Assembly: GCA_031256725.1 (NCBI GenBank)
Contig: JAIRQE010000020.1
Span: 1-24,449, forward strand
Origin: Propionibacteriaceae bacterium
Lineage (GTDB): Bacteria; Actinomycetota; Actinomycetes; Propionibacteriales; Propionibacteriaceae
Length of the DNA: 24,449 bases
Direction of reading: 5' to 3'
Shown here one piece after another: positions 17,231 to 24,449 of the stretch. Within the stretch, counting starts at the first letter, position 1, and the number at the start of each line of letters is the position of its first letter. Below the pieces are notes generated by a model. That model ran no database searches. It had not been told where the DNA came from and worked only from the letters and a program-made list of their open reading frames with translations. Position numbers and translations under genes: made by a program.

Positions 17231-17347
17231 AAGCGGAGGGTGGGGCACATCTGTCGTGAACCGTATCCCCGAACGGAGGAGTTGTTTCCAAAGGAACAAC
17301 TGCGTGAGTGTGTTCACGATAGATGTACCCCACCCTCCGCGTACATC
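17231..17347. repeat. Family A palindromic intergenic repeat, copy 2, in the opposite orientation to copy 1
   Basis: Arms GCGGAGGGTGGGGCACATCTGTCGTGAAC and GTTCACGATAGATGTACCCCACCCTCCGC form about 29 bp with one mismatch and one G-T. The 31-nt core AACCGTATCCCCGAACGGAGGAGTTGTTTCC is identical to the reverse complement of copy 1. It lies between the convergent MMPL and citrate synthase stops. Confidence 0.85.
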
Positions 17348-17371
17348 AGAACAAATAAGGTACTAAGAGAA

Positions 17372-18748
17372 CTAACTAGGCAAAGATTGTGACTGCGGAG
17401 CCTGGGTGGTACGTAGCTCCTCCGGCACCTTGAACCCACGAGAATCAGTCATCCCCTTCTCACGCTGGAAGCGGTTCAACCACTCACGCTTGACTGGACC
17501 GGTGTACACCTGTCGTGGACGGTAGATCTTTGTCTGGGGAGCATCATAAATCTCCTTCCAATGGGCGATCCATCCGGGCATACGACCGATGGCGAAGAGT
17601 ACGGTAAACATCTCGACGGGGATACCCAGCGCGGTCAGGATGATACCCGAGTAGAAGTCGACATTCGGGTAGAGCTTGCGTGAGATGAAGTAGTCGTCGT
17701 TGAGTGCGGCTTCCTCCAACTGGCGTGCAATATCCAAACGTGGGTCATCGATCTGCATAGCGTTGAGCAGCTTGTCGCAGGCATCTTTAAGCAGTACAGC
17801 GCGGGGATCAAAGGCGCGGTACACACGATGTCCGAAACCCATCAAACGGATACCATCACTGCGGTCTTTGACTTTGGCGACGTACTCCTTGACCGACATC
17901 CCCGAGGCGCGGATATAGGTGAGCATCTCCATCACAGCCTGGTTGGCGCCACCATGGAGGCGACCCCACAGGGCACAAACACCGGCAGCAGCAGAGGCAT
18001 AGAGGTTTGCTTGACCTGAGGCCACCATTCGTACCGTTGAGGTCGAACAGTTCTGCTCGTGGTCGGCGTGCAGAAGGAAGAACAGGTTCAATGCGGATGT
18101 GGCTTCGGCTGAAGGTACATAGTCACGATAGGGCCTTGAGAACATCATGTGAAGGAAGTTCTCGACATAGCGCAGGTCATATCGTGGGTACATAATCGGC
18201 TCACCGACCGAAGACTTGTAGGCCGCTGCAGCGATCGTACGTACCTTAGACATCAGGGCAGCCGAAACCCGCTCGAACTCTTCCTCATCATCAATGATGA
18301 GTCCGGGCAGATCATAGCTTTGGAGGGCGTTGATCATGGCCGACATGATCGACATGGGATGCGCGTGTACTGGGAATCCAGCAAAGTGGCGACGGAAATC
18401 CTCAGGTAGCGCAGAATTCTCGGTCAAAAGGTGGGAGAAGTGGCGGCGCTCCTCGGGGGAGGGCAACTCGCCCCAGATCAGCAGCTGGGAGGTCTCGACG
18501 AAGGAACAGTTCTTGGCCAGATCCTCGACAGGATATCCGCGATAACGAAGAATTCCCTTCTCGCCATCGATAAAGGTAATCTCCGACTTGCAGGAACCAG
18601 TATTCATGTAGCCGTCGTCGATGGTGACGTATCCCGACTCGGCGCGCAAACGTGAGATATCGATAGCGTGCTCGTTTTCGGTACCCACAACGACAGGAAG
18701 TTCTAGGACTCGTCCATCAGGCAGCGTGAGAGTGGCTGTTTCAGGCAT
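17372..18748 (-). CDS. gltA: Citrate synthase
   Basis: 458-aa ORF. It carries the GFGHRVY signature and HADHEQNCSTS, and its overall length fits type II citrate synthases. By recollection of other actinobacterial GltA proteins (not checked here), it has a ~25-aa hydrophilic C-terminal tail. Confidence 0.9.
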   Translation of the reverse strand: MPETATLTLPDGRVLELPVVVGTENEHAIDISRLRAESGYVTIDDGYMNTGSCKSEITFIDGEKGILRYRGYPVEDLAKNCSFVETSQLLIWGELPSPEERRHFSHLLTENSALPEDFRRHFAGFPVHAHPMSIMSAMINALQSYDLPGLIIDDEEEFERVSAALMSKVRTIAAAAYKSSVGEPIMYPRYDLRYVENFLHMMFSRPYRDYVPSAEATSALNLFFLLHADHEQNCSTSTVRMVASGQANLYASAAAGVCALWGRLHGGANQAVMEMLTYIRASGMSVKEYVAKVKDRSDGIRLMGFGHRVYRAFDPRAVLLKDACDKLLNAMQIDDPRLDIARQLEEAALNDDYFISRKLYPNVDFYSGIILTALGIPVEMFTVLFAIGRMPGWIAHWKEIYDAPQTKIYRPRQVYTGPVKREWLNRFQREKGMTDSRGFKVPEELRTTQAPQSQSLPS

Positions 18749-18909
18749 CGTTCCTCCTTGTTGTAAAACTCACAGACAATAATGTCATGGTAGTAGGGAA
18801 ATGTGTAACTGGTGGCGGACTCTGCCGACCAGCACTGGAAGGACTAAGTATGATCCTAGCGTGGTCAGGGCCTCGCGGAATAGAGTCGATTCCTCCTCGA
18901 CCTCAATTC

Positions 18910-19683
18910 TTAGGATTGGGTACGAGCCGAGCCTTGAAGGTGGAAGGCGTACCATGCAGCACCCACAATCCCTGCCTGGTTTCTTAATTGCGCAGGTATG
19001 ATCGGGGTATTCAACTCAAGGTACGGGAGGTATTTCTCAGAGTCGCGACTGATGCCACCGCCGACCACGAACAGGTCTGGACTGAATAGAAATTCCAGGG
19101 TTGAGTAGTACCTTTGGAGTCTTCTTGTATAGGCCTTCCAACTCAGGTTTTTTTTCGTACGTACGCTGGCTGCTGCTCGTTTTTCTGCTTGCCGACCACC
19201 GATTTCTAGGTGCCCAAGTTCAGAGTTGGGGATGAGTACGCCATCGTAGATCATGGCTGAACCTATTCCTGTACCCAGTGTTGTGAGGATGACTAGACCC
19301 AATTGTCCTTGAGCTGCACCATAGTAGGTCTCAGCAATCCCTGCAGCATCAGCATCGTTAACGAGGGTGACTTCTTTTCTAAGGGCCGCTGCGAAGGTTT
19401 CAGCAGCTGGATGGTTAATCCATTCGTGATCGATGTTCGCCGCAGAGCGGGTTATACCATTACTCACCACACAGGGCATAGTGATTCCTATGGGGAGTGT
19501 GGCTGCATCCGCGCCAAATTGATTCACCAACTGTGCCACAGTTTCGGCTACTGCTACTGGTGTTGACGGTTGTGGAGTGCTGATACGCACCCTCTCTGCG
19601 AGTAATTCCCCTGTGGATAAATCCACTGGAGCACCCTTGATTCCAGATCCCCCGATATCGATACCGAAACCAATCTCGCTCAT
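18910..19683 (-). CDS. ppgK: ROK-family polyphosphate glucokinase
   Basis: 257-aa ORF. The N-terminus reads [16 protein letters not shown], followed by [10 protein letters not shown] and ELGHLEI, typical of actinobacterial PPGK. Confidence 0.8.
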   Translation of the reverse strand: MSEIGFGIDIGGSGIKGAPVDLSTGELLAERVRISTPQPSTPVAVAETVAQLVNQFGADAATLPIGITMPCVVSNGITRSAANIDHEWINHPAAETFAAALRKEVTLVNDADAAGIAETYYGAAQGQLGLVILTTLGTGIGSAMIYDGVLIPNSELGHLEIGGRQAEKRAAASVRTKKNLSWKAYTRRLQRYYSTLEFLFSPDLFVVGGGISRDSEKYLPYLELNTPIIPAQLRNQAGIVGAAWYAFHLQGSARTQS

Positions 19684-19716
19684 GGATCTAGTCTACGCTT
19701 TGCAAACTCTGGTTCC

Positions 19717-19926
19717 CTAATTCATAAGATCGCGGGCAACGGGTACCAGATCGTCGAAGGTCCGAGCGTGGTAGACATACTGCATTCGAGCATGGAAATC
19801 GTAGTCGGAAAGACGCCCGTCAGCGTGGGCTGAATGAAGAAGGTTGATGACAAGCTGGCGGTCAGAGTCACGGATCGGGCGATCTCCACCAAAGAGCGGC
19901 CCGACATCCCTGGGTTCGGTACTCAT
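19717..19926 (-). CDS. DUF1707 (SHOCT-like) domain protein
   Basis: 69-aa [52 protein letters not shown] matches the DUF1707 pattern (SDxDRE...GRL...EF..R......A.T..EL..L..DL). Confidence 0.65.
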   Translation of the reverse strand: MSTEPRDVGPLFGGDRPIRDSDRQLVINLLHSAHADGRLSDYDFHARMQYVYHARTFDDLVPVARDLMN

Positions 19927-19959
19927 ACCTCAAGTCTACCTAGCCAAAATCAAGAATCA

Positions 19960-20892
19960 CTATTGGATCTCCATAGTGAGGGGTTCATCACCAAGAGTGA
20001 GGTAAAACTGTAAACCCTCAAGACTCTCAGAAGAAACTTGATACACAAGTACGCCCCGTGCCTTCTCGCCTGGTCCCAATGTGAAGGAGATGAGGGAGTT
20101 TGGGCCCCCATCGCGAGCCCTCATGGCTACGACACTGAATTCGAGCCTATGGCGTACCATGTCAGCGTCGATGAGTTGAACTTCACTGGAAAGACTGGAG
20201 AAGGTGTGGGAATAGGATTGGGTACCCAGGTACTCAATTTCAGCAGGTATCGAGACAAAAACCTTCCCAGGAACAGGTCTGAAGTGGGCAATTTCTGTCA
20301 ATGTGGCCAGGTGACCCAGGACAGTGAAACGCACAGGGCCTTGATCCGTGTCGATGAGCAACTCACCCTGGATCTCATCCTCGATTGGTTCCTCAAAGCC
20401 TTCTGTGGATTGTGAGGGCAATGGTGGTACATAGAAGGTTGGGAAAGTAGTTGGTGGATGTGTCCTCGGAGGTCGAGTGGAGGAAAGACCGATGAGCATC
20501 AGGCTAACCACCACTAGTATCAGATGGAGGATTGTTCCCTGAATTGGTGGGGACTTGGTACGGGAAGCTGACTTCCTCATTTTGCGTGAAGTCCGTACAA
20601 CAGGGGGTAGTACAGTCGGATTGGATGACCTGTTGCCGAGGGCAGGCCGATTGATGATATCCCCACGGACGGGGATCACATTACTCTTTTTGTTATTTAC
20701 CGCCAGTTTGTTGAAGATGGGGGCTTTACGAAGATTGGATCGTGAACTTGAACCCTTGGGATGGATGTTTATCCTTCTCGTACTGCTGCGCTTTAGATAA
20801 ACCTGACTAAGTGGGGTCTGACTGGGTGTATTTCCAGGTAGTTGGCTTGGAGTTGGGATGTCGTCAGGTTTGAAATTCCAGGTACCCACCAT
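19960..20892 (-). CDS. Single-pass membrane protein with a Ser/Pro/Asn/Arg-rich disordered N-terminus and an extracytoplasmic beta-rich domain
   Basis: The ORF runs 19960..20907. I prefer the ATG at 20892 because GGGAGGAAGG lies upstream. The TM helix is ILHLILVVVSLMLIGLSS, and the C-terminal ~150 aa look like an Ig/DUF4352-type fold, though that is not verified. Confidence 0.65.
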   Translation of the reverse strand: MVGTWNFKPDDIPTPSQLPGNTPSQTPLSQVYLKRSSTRRINIHPKGSSSRSNLRKAPIFNKLAVNNKKSNVIPVRGDIINRPALGNRSSNPTVLPPVVRTSRKMRKSASRTKSPPIQGTILHLILVVVSLMLIGLSSTRPPRTHPPTTFPTFYVPPLPSQSTEGFEEPIEDEIQGELLIDTDQGPVRFTVLGHLATLTEIAHFRPVPGKVFVSIPAEIEYLGTQSYSHTFSSLSSEVQLIDADMVRHRLEFSVVAMRARDGGPNSLISFTLGPGEKARGVLVYQVSSESLEGLQFYLTLGDEPLTMEIQ

Positions 20893-20918
20893 GGACCTTC
20901 CTCCCATATCTACAAGGC

Positions 20919-21021
20919 AGTGTCAGGGACGGTGTCAGGGGACGTATCTCTTGGCTCCAAAGAGTGGTACGCAAGCAGAACGTCAGCGTGCGGAGCCAAG
21001 AGATACGTCCCCCACTGACAC
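20919..21021. repeat. Family B palindromic repeat, copy 1 (long perfect hairpin in a divergent promoter region)
   Basis: GGGGACGTATCTCTTGGCTCC (20938..20958) pairs perfectly with GGAGCCAAGAGATACGTCCCC (20992..21012) over 21 bp. The pairing extends through a 2-nt bulge (TG, 21015..21016) to GTGTCAG/CTGACAC. GTGTCAGGG occurs twice at the left end (20920..20928 and 20932..20940). Confidence 0.8.
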
Positions 21022-21158
21022 AATCACGAATCAAGCAACCTTAACACATTCCAGAATAACCTATCGATATTTCTTTCCAGGATCATCTGTGAAGGATTGT
21101 TGTACTTCCACATTGAACTTGGAGAACGCAAGGACCTCGTAGGGGCGCGTAGAATAGG

Positions 21159-24100
21159 GTGATTATGACTACGAACTCCTCTGAGACCCAGGGTCCCTAT
21201 AACCTTGTTCCCCCGCAGATCGATTTGCCCCAGATGGAGCATGAGATTCTGGCATTATGGGCTGAACGAGATACCTTCACGCGTACCTTGGATCGTCCAG
21301 ATGCGCCCATATGGACCTTCTATGAGGGGCCGCCGACTGCAAACGGGATGCCTGGAACACACCACATTGAGGCCCGTGCCTTCAAGGATGTTTTCCCCCG
21401 GTTCAAGACCATGCAGGGGTATAAGGTACCCCGCAAGGCTGGATGGGACTGCCATGGCCTGCCTGTCGAAATTGCGGTTGAGAAGGAGTTGGGCTTCAAC
21501 GGGAAAGCCGACATTGAGGAGTACGGGATCGGTGAATTCAATGTCCGATGCCGAGAGTCGGTAAGTCGATATGTCGATATGTGGTCAGAACTAACGACTC
21601 GTATGGGCTATTGGGTGAACCTTGATGAGGCCTATTGGACCATGTCCACACCCTTCGTACAATCCGTGTGGTGGGCTCTGAAACAGATCCACGCCAAGGG
21701 ATTGCTTGTCGAGGATTACCGAGTCGCCCCGTACTGCCCGCGCTGTGGTACGACCCTGTCAGACCATGAGCTCGCCCAAGGCTATGAGGAAGACCCTGTC
21801 ACCACTGTCTTCGTACGCTTCCCCCTCGCTAGTGGGATCGAATTCGCCGACGGGCCTTGGAACGGCCAGGTGTCCCTTCTGGTGTGGACCACCACCCCCT
21901 GGACCCTGGTCTCCAACACAGCGGCAGCCGTACATCCGGAAGTCACCTATGTTGCGGCAACCAATGGTGAAGAAACCCTTATCGTCGCCGAGGCCCTCAT
22001 GGACAAGGTTCTTGGTGAGGGGTGGACTGTTGTCGCCACCATGACCGGTAAGCAGATGGAGGGCTGGCATTATCAGCGCCCCCTTGATCTCGTGGAACTC
22101 CCAGGCGAAGCAAACTACGTAGTCATGGGCGATTTCGTCACCACTGAGGATGGTTCAGGTATCGTCCACATGGCTCCCGCCTTCGGCGAAGTCGACATGA
22201 TGGCCTGTCGTGCCTATGGCTTGCCCTTCGTGAACCCGATTCTGCCGAATGGTACCTTCGAAGCCAAACTCGACCTCGTCGGCGGGCTGATGTTCACCGA
22301 GGCCGACAAGCCGATCATCGCCTTCCTCAAAGAGAACAACCTGCTCTTCCAGGCGGTCGATATCGTCCACCAGTATCCCCACTGTTGGCGCTGTCACACG
22401 GCACTCATCTACTATGCACAGCCGAGTTGGTACATCCGTACCACTGCCATCAAGGATGCTCTCGTCCGCGAAAATGAGGCGACCACCTGGTACCCCGAAC
22501 ACATCAAGAACGGAAGGTACGGCGACTGGCTGGAAAACAACGTTGACTGGGCTCTGTCACGCAAACGCTACTGGGGTACACCGCTGCCCATCTGGAGATG
22601 CGAGGATGACCACCAGGTCTGTGTGGGCTCCCTGGACGAACTCGGCGAGCTGACCGGAACCGACCAATCCGAGCTTGATCCACACCGCCCATGGGTGGAC
22701 GAGATCACCTTCGATTGCCCGACCTGTGGGAAGAAATCGGCTCGCGTACCCGAAGTTATCGACGCCTGGTTTGATTCCGGGTCCATGCCCTTCGCTCAGC
22801 GAGGGTACCCGGCAGATCAAAACTCGGCCGAGATCTTTGAGTCCTCATTCCCAGCTGATTTCATCTGTGAGGCCATCGACCAAACCCGTGGATGGTTCTA
22901 CTCCCTGATGGCTGTCTCCACCCTTGTCTTCGACCGCTCATCCTTCAAAAATGTACTCTGTCTAGGGCATATCCTCGCAGAAGATGGTCGCAAGATGAGT
23001 AAGCATCTCGGTAATACCTTGGAGCCGATCCCCCTGCTCAACACCCATGGAGCCGATGCTGTGCGCTGGTTTATGGTGGCTGGTGGTTCGCCGTGGAGTT
23101 CGCGTCGAGTGGGTCACACCACCATCCAAGAGACTGTACGTAAGGTGCTGCTCACCTATTGGAACTCTGTCAGTTTCCAGGCGCTTTACGCCCGTGTCAA
23201 CGACTGGACTCCTGGGTGCCCACCCGCAGTCGCCGAACGTCACGTCTTGGATCGCTGGCTGGTTTCGCGTACCCAATCCCTGATCATCCAGGTGACCTCA
23301 GCCCTTGAAGGATTCGACACCCTGCGCGCGGGTACCCTCATCCAAGAGTTCGTGGATGAGTTGAGTAATTGGTACGTACGCCGCTCCCGCCGCCGTTTCT
23401 GGAATGGAGACAACTCTGCTTTGTCCACCCTCCACGAGACCTTGGATGTACTCACGAGACTGATGGCCCCCCTGGCCCCCTTCATCACCGAAAAAGTATG
23501 GCAGGATCTCTTCTTGGCCTCAGGAATTTCCAGCGGGGTATCTCCTGTGTCTGGATCCTGCGACGTATCTTCCTCGTCATCCTGCGCGCAGTCGCAGGAT
23601 TCAGAAGGTACTATCCCCAATTCCGTACACCTTGCCTCATGGCCCACGGCTGAGGAAACCCTCGTGGATTCCACCCTGGAATCCTCAATGGCACTCACCC
23701 AGCGTCTGGTCGAACTCGGTCGGTCAGCCCGCTCGGAAGCCAATATGAAGATCCGCCAACCCCTCTCACGGGCATTAGTGTCCTCGGCTTCTTTGGCCCG
23801 CCTCACCGAGGAACTCATCAACGAAATCAAGGCTGAGCTCAATATCGAAACCCTTGAATCCTTCTCTGCGGCCGGTGACCTCGTGGACTATTCAGTCAAA
23901 GGAAACTTCCGCGCCCTCGGAAAGCGTTTCGCGAAGCAGACCGCCGAGGTGGCCCAGGCTATCGCAGATGCTGACCCAGCATGGATAGCCAAAGAGATCA
24001 CCACCCATGGCAAGCTCACCTTGAAGTGGGGTGGCGGTATCCAGATCACGGCAGACGAGGTACTCATCTCTGAGCGTCCCAGGGCTGGATGGTCCGTCGT

Positions 24101-24401
24101 AGGTGACAACACCGAAACCATCGCCCTTGATGTGGAACTCACCGAGGCCCTCATCCAAGCTGGTTGGGTACGAGAGGTCATCCGTGGAATCCAAGAGCTT
24201 CGCAAGAACTCCGGCTTGGATGTCTCCGACCGAATCCATCTGTCATGGTCTGGCACAGGTGACCAAGCTACCGCTGTACGTGCAGCCCAAGACCAGATTG
24301 CTTCAGAGGTACTAGCCACCCAAGTCAGTGAAAAAACTACTGGCCCTGCCTGGACCACCGACGATGACCTAGGAATCTCCTACGCCATAGTCAAAGCCTG
24401 A
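21159..24401 (+). CDS. ileS: Isoleucine--tRNA ligase (Thermus/actinobacterial type)
   Basis: 1080-aa ORF. The HIGH region is PPTANGMPGTHH, KMSKS is KMSKHLGN, and a CP1 editing domain is present. Start is GTG at 21159 or ATG at 21165. TAGAAT at 21150..21155 is a possible -10 element. Confidence 0.95.
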   Translation: MIMTTNSSETQGPYNLVPPQIDLPQMEHEILALWAERDTFTRTLDRPDAPIWTFYEGPPTANGMPGTHHIEARAFKDVFPRFKTMQGYKVPRKAGWDCHGLPVEIAVEKELGFNGKADIEEYGIGEFNVRCRESVSRYVDMWSELTTRMGYWVNLDEAYWTMSTPFVQSVWWALKQIHAKGLLVEDYRVAPYCPRCGTTLSDHELAQGYEEDPVTTVFVRFPLASGIEFADGPWNGQVSLLVWTTTPWTLVSNTAAAVHPEVTYVAATNGEETLIVAEALMDKVLGEGWTVVATMTGKQMEGWHYQRPLDLVELPGEANYVVMGDFVTTEDGSGIVHMAPAFGEVDMMACRAYGLPFVNPILPNGTFEAKLDLVGGLMFTEADKPIIAFLKENNLLFQAVDIVHQYPHCWRCHTALIYYAQPSWYIRTTAIKDALVRENEATTWYPEHIKNGRYGDWLENNVDWALSRKRYWGTPLPIWRCEDDHQVCVGSLDELGELTGTDQSELDPHRPWVDEITFDCPTCGKKSARVPEVIDAWFDSGSMPFAQRGYPADQNSAEIFESSFPADFICEAIDQTRGWFYSLMAVSTLVFDRSSFKNVLCLGHILAEDGRKMSKHLGNTLEPIPLLNTHGADAVRWFMVAGGSPWSSRRVGHTTIQETVRKVLLTYWNSVSFQALYARVNDWTPGCPPAVAERHVLDRWLVSRTQSLIIQVTSALEGFDTLRAGTLIQEFVDELSNWYVRRSRRRFWNGDNSALSTLHETLDVLTRLMAPLAPFITEKVWQDLFLASGISSGVSPVSGSCDVSSSSSCAQSQDSEGTIPNSVHLASWPTAEETLVDSTLESSMALTQRLVELGRSARSEANMKIRQPLSRALVSSASLARLTEELINEIKAELNIETLESFSAAGDLVDYSVKGNFRALGKRFAKQTAEVAQAIADADPAWIAKEITTHGKLTLKWGGGIQITADEVLISERPRAGWSVVGDNTETIALDVELTEALIQAGWVREVIRGIQELRKNSGLDVSDRIHLSWSGTGDQATAVRAAQDQIASEVLATQVSEKTTGPAWTTDDDLGISYAIVKA

Positions 24402-24414
24402 AACATCAACAGTG

Positions 24415-24449
24415 AGGTGTGGTGTCAGGGGGACGTATCTTCTGACATC
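24415..24449. repeat. Family B-related repeat, left end only (truncated by the window edge)
   Basis: GGTGTCAGGGGGACGTATCT (24421..24440) matches GGTGTCAGGGGACGTATCT (20931..20949) apart from one extra G. It begins 14 nt after the ileS stop. Confidence 0.5.

Noticed and set aside
23240-23842. A 200-aa antisense ORF inside ileS, along with other long antisense or out-of-frame ORFs such as 3092..3529 (-), 1595..2011 (-), 23888..24358 (-), 13560..13967 (-), 15298..15705 (-) and 11310..11834 (+).
   Set aside because: Each lies entirely within, or largely overlaps, a well-supported gene with clear family motifs. Their Arg/Ser/Pro-rich composition is typical of spurious frames in GC-biased DNA, and they have no RBS or recognisable motifs.
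1-24449. CRISPR arrays, tRNA, rRNA or tmRNA genes, transposases, integrases and prophage genes.
   Set aside because: There are no regularly spaced short repeats and no tRNA-like T-arm or anticodon structures in the intergenic regions. No ORF has DDE, tyrosine-recombinase, serine-recombinase or phage structural motifs.

Overview
The window reads as ordinary chromosomal DNA from a mid-GC (about 54% by eye) actinobacterium; IleRS, citrate synthase, ROK polyphosphate glucokinase, an MMPL transporter and DUF1707 suggest an Actinomycetaceae-like organism, but that is inference. I support 20 protein-coding genes. These are a partial secreted-protein gene at the left edge, a large LysM/SARP-like membrane protein, an isochorismatase-family hydrolase, a GNAT acetyltransferase, a tandem-HTH protein, aspartate kinase, an orphan 230-aa protein, a zinc-ribbon rhomboid protease, alanine racemase, a small membrane protein, an EcsC-like protein, YigZ/IMPACT, an ABC ATPase with its permease, an MMPL transporter, citrate synthase, polyphosphate glucokinase, a DUF1707 protein, a Ser/Pro-rich membrane protein and IleRS. 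I found no rRNA, tRNA, CRISPR array, transposase, integrase or recognisable defence, toxin or phage module, and no clear multi-gene novel system. The unexplained signals are mostly non-coding or architectural. (1) Two families of long palindromic intergenic repeats (MITE/REP-like): family A at about 4.9 kb and 17.3 kb plus a solo arm at 11.5 kb, and family B on both sides of ileS. (2) A 37-codon Ser/Cys-rich segment in ileS that carries nested inverted repeats and a motif shared with family B. (3) Two exact TGTGGATAA (DnaA-box-identical) direct repeats in a 540-bp AT-rich ORF-free region upstream of the LysM/SARP gene. (4) The LysM-TM-degenerate P-loop-SARP architecture itself. (5) A window-wide excess of GTAC, GGTACC and GTACGTAC palindromes. 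All homology calls come from motif recognition by eye, and no searches were run.
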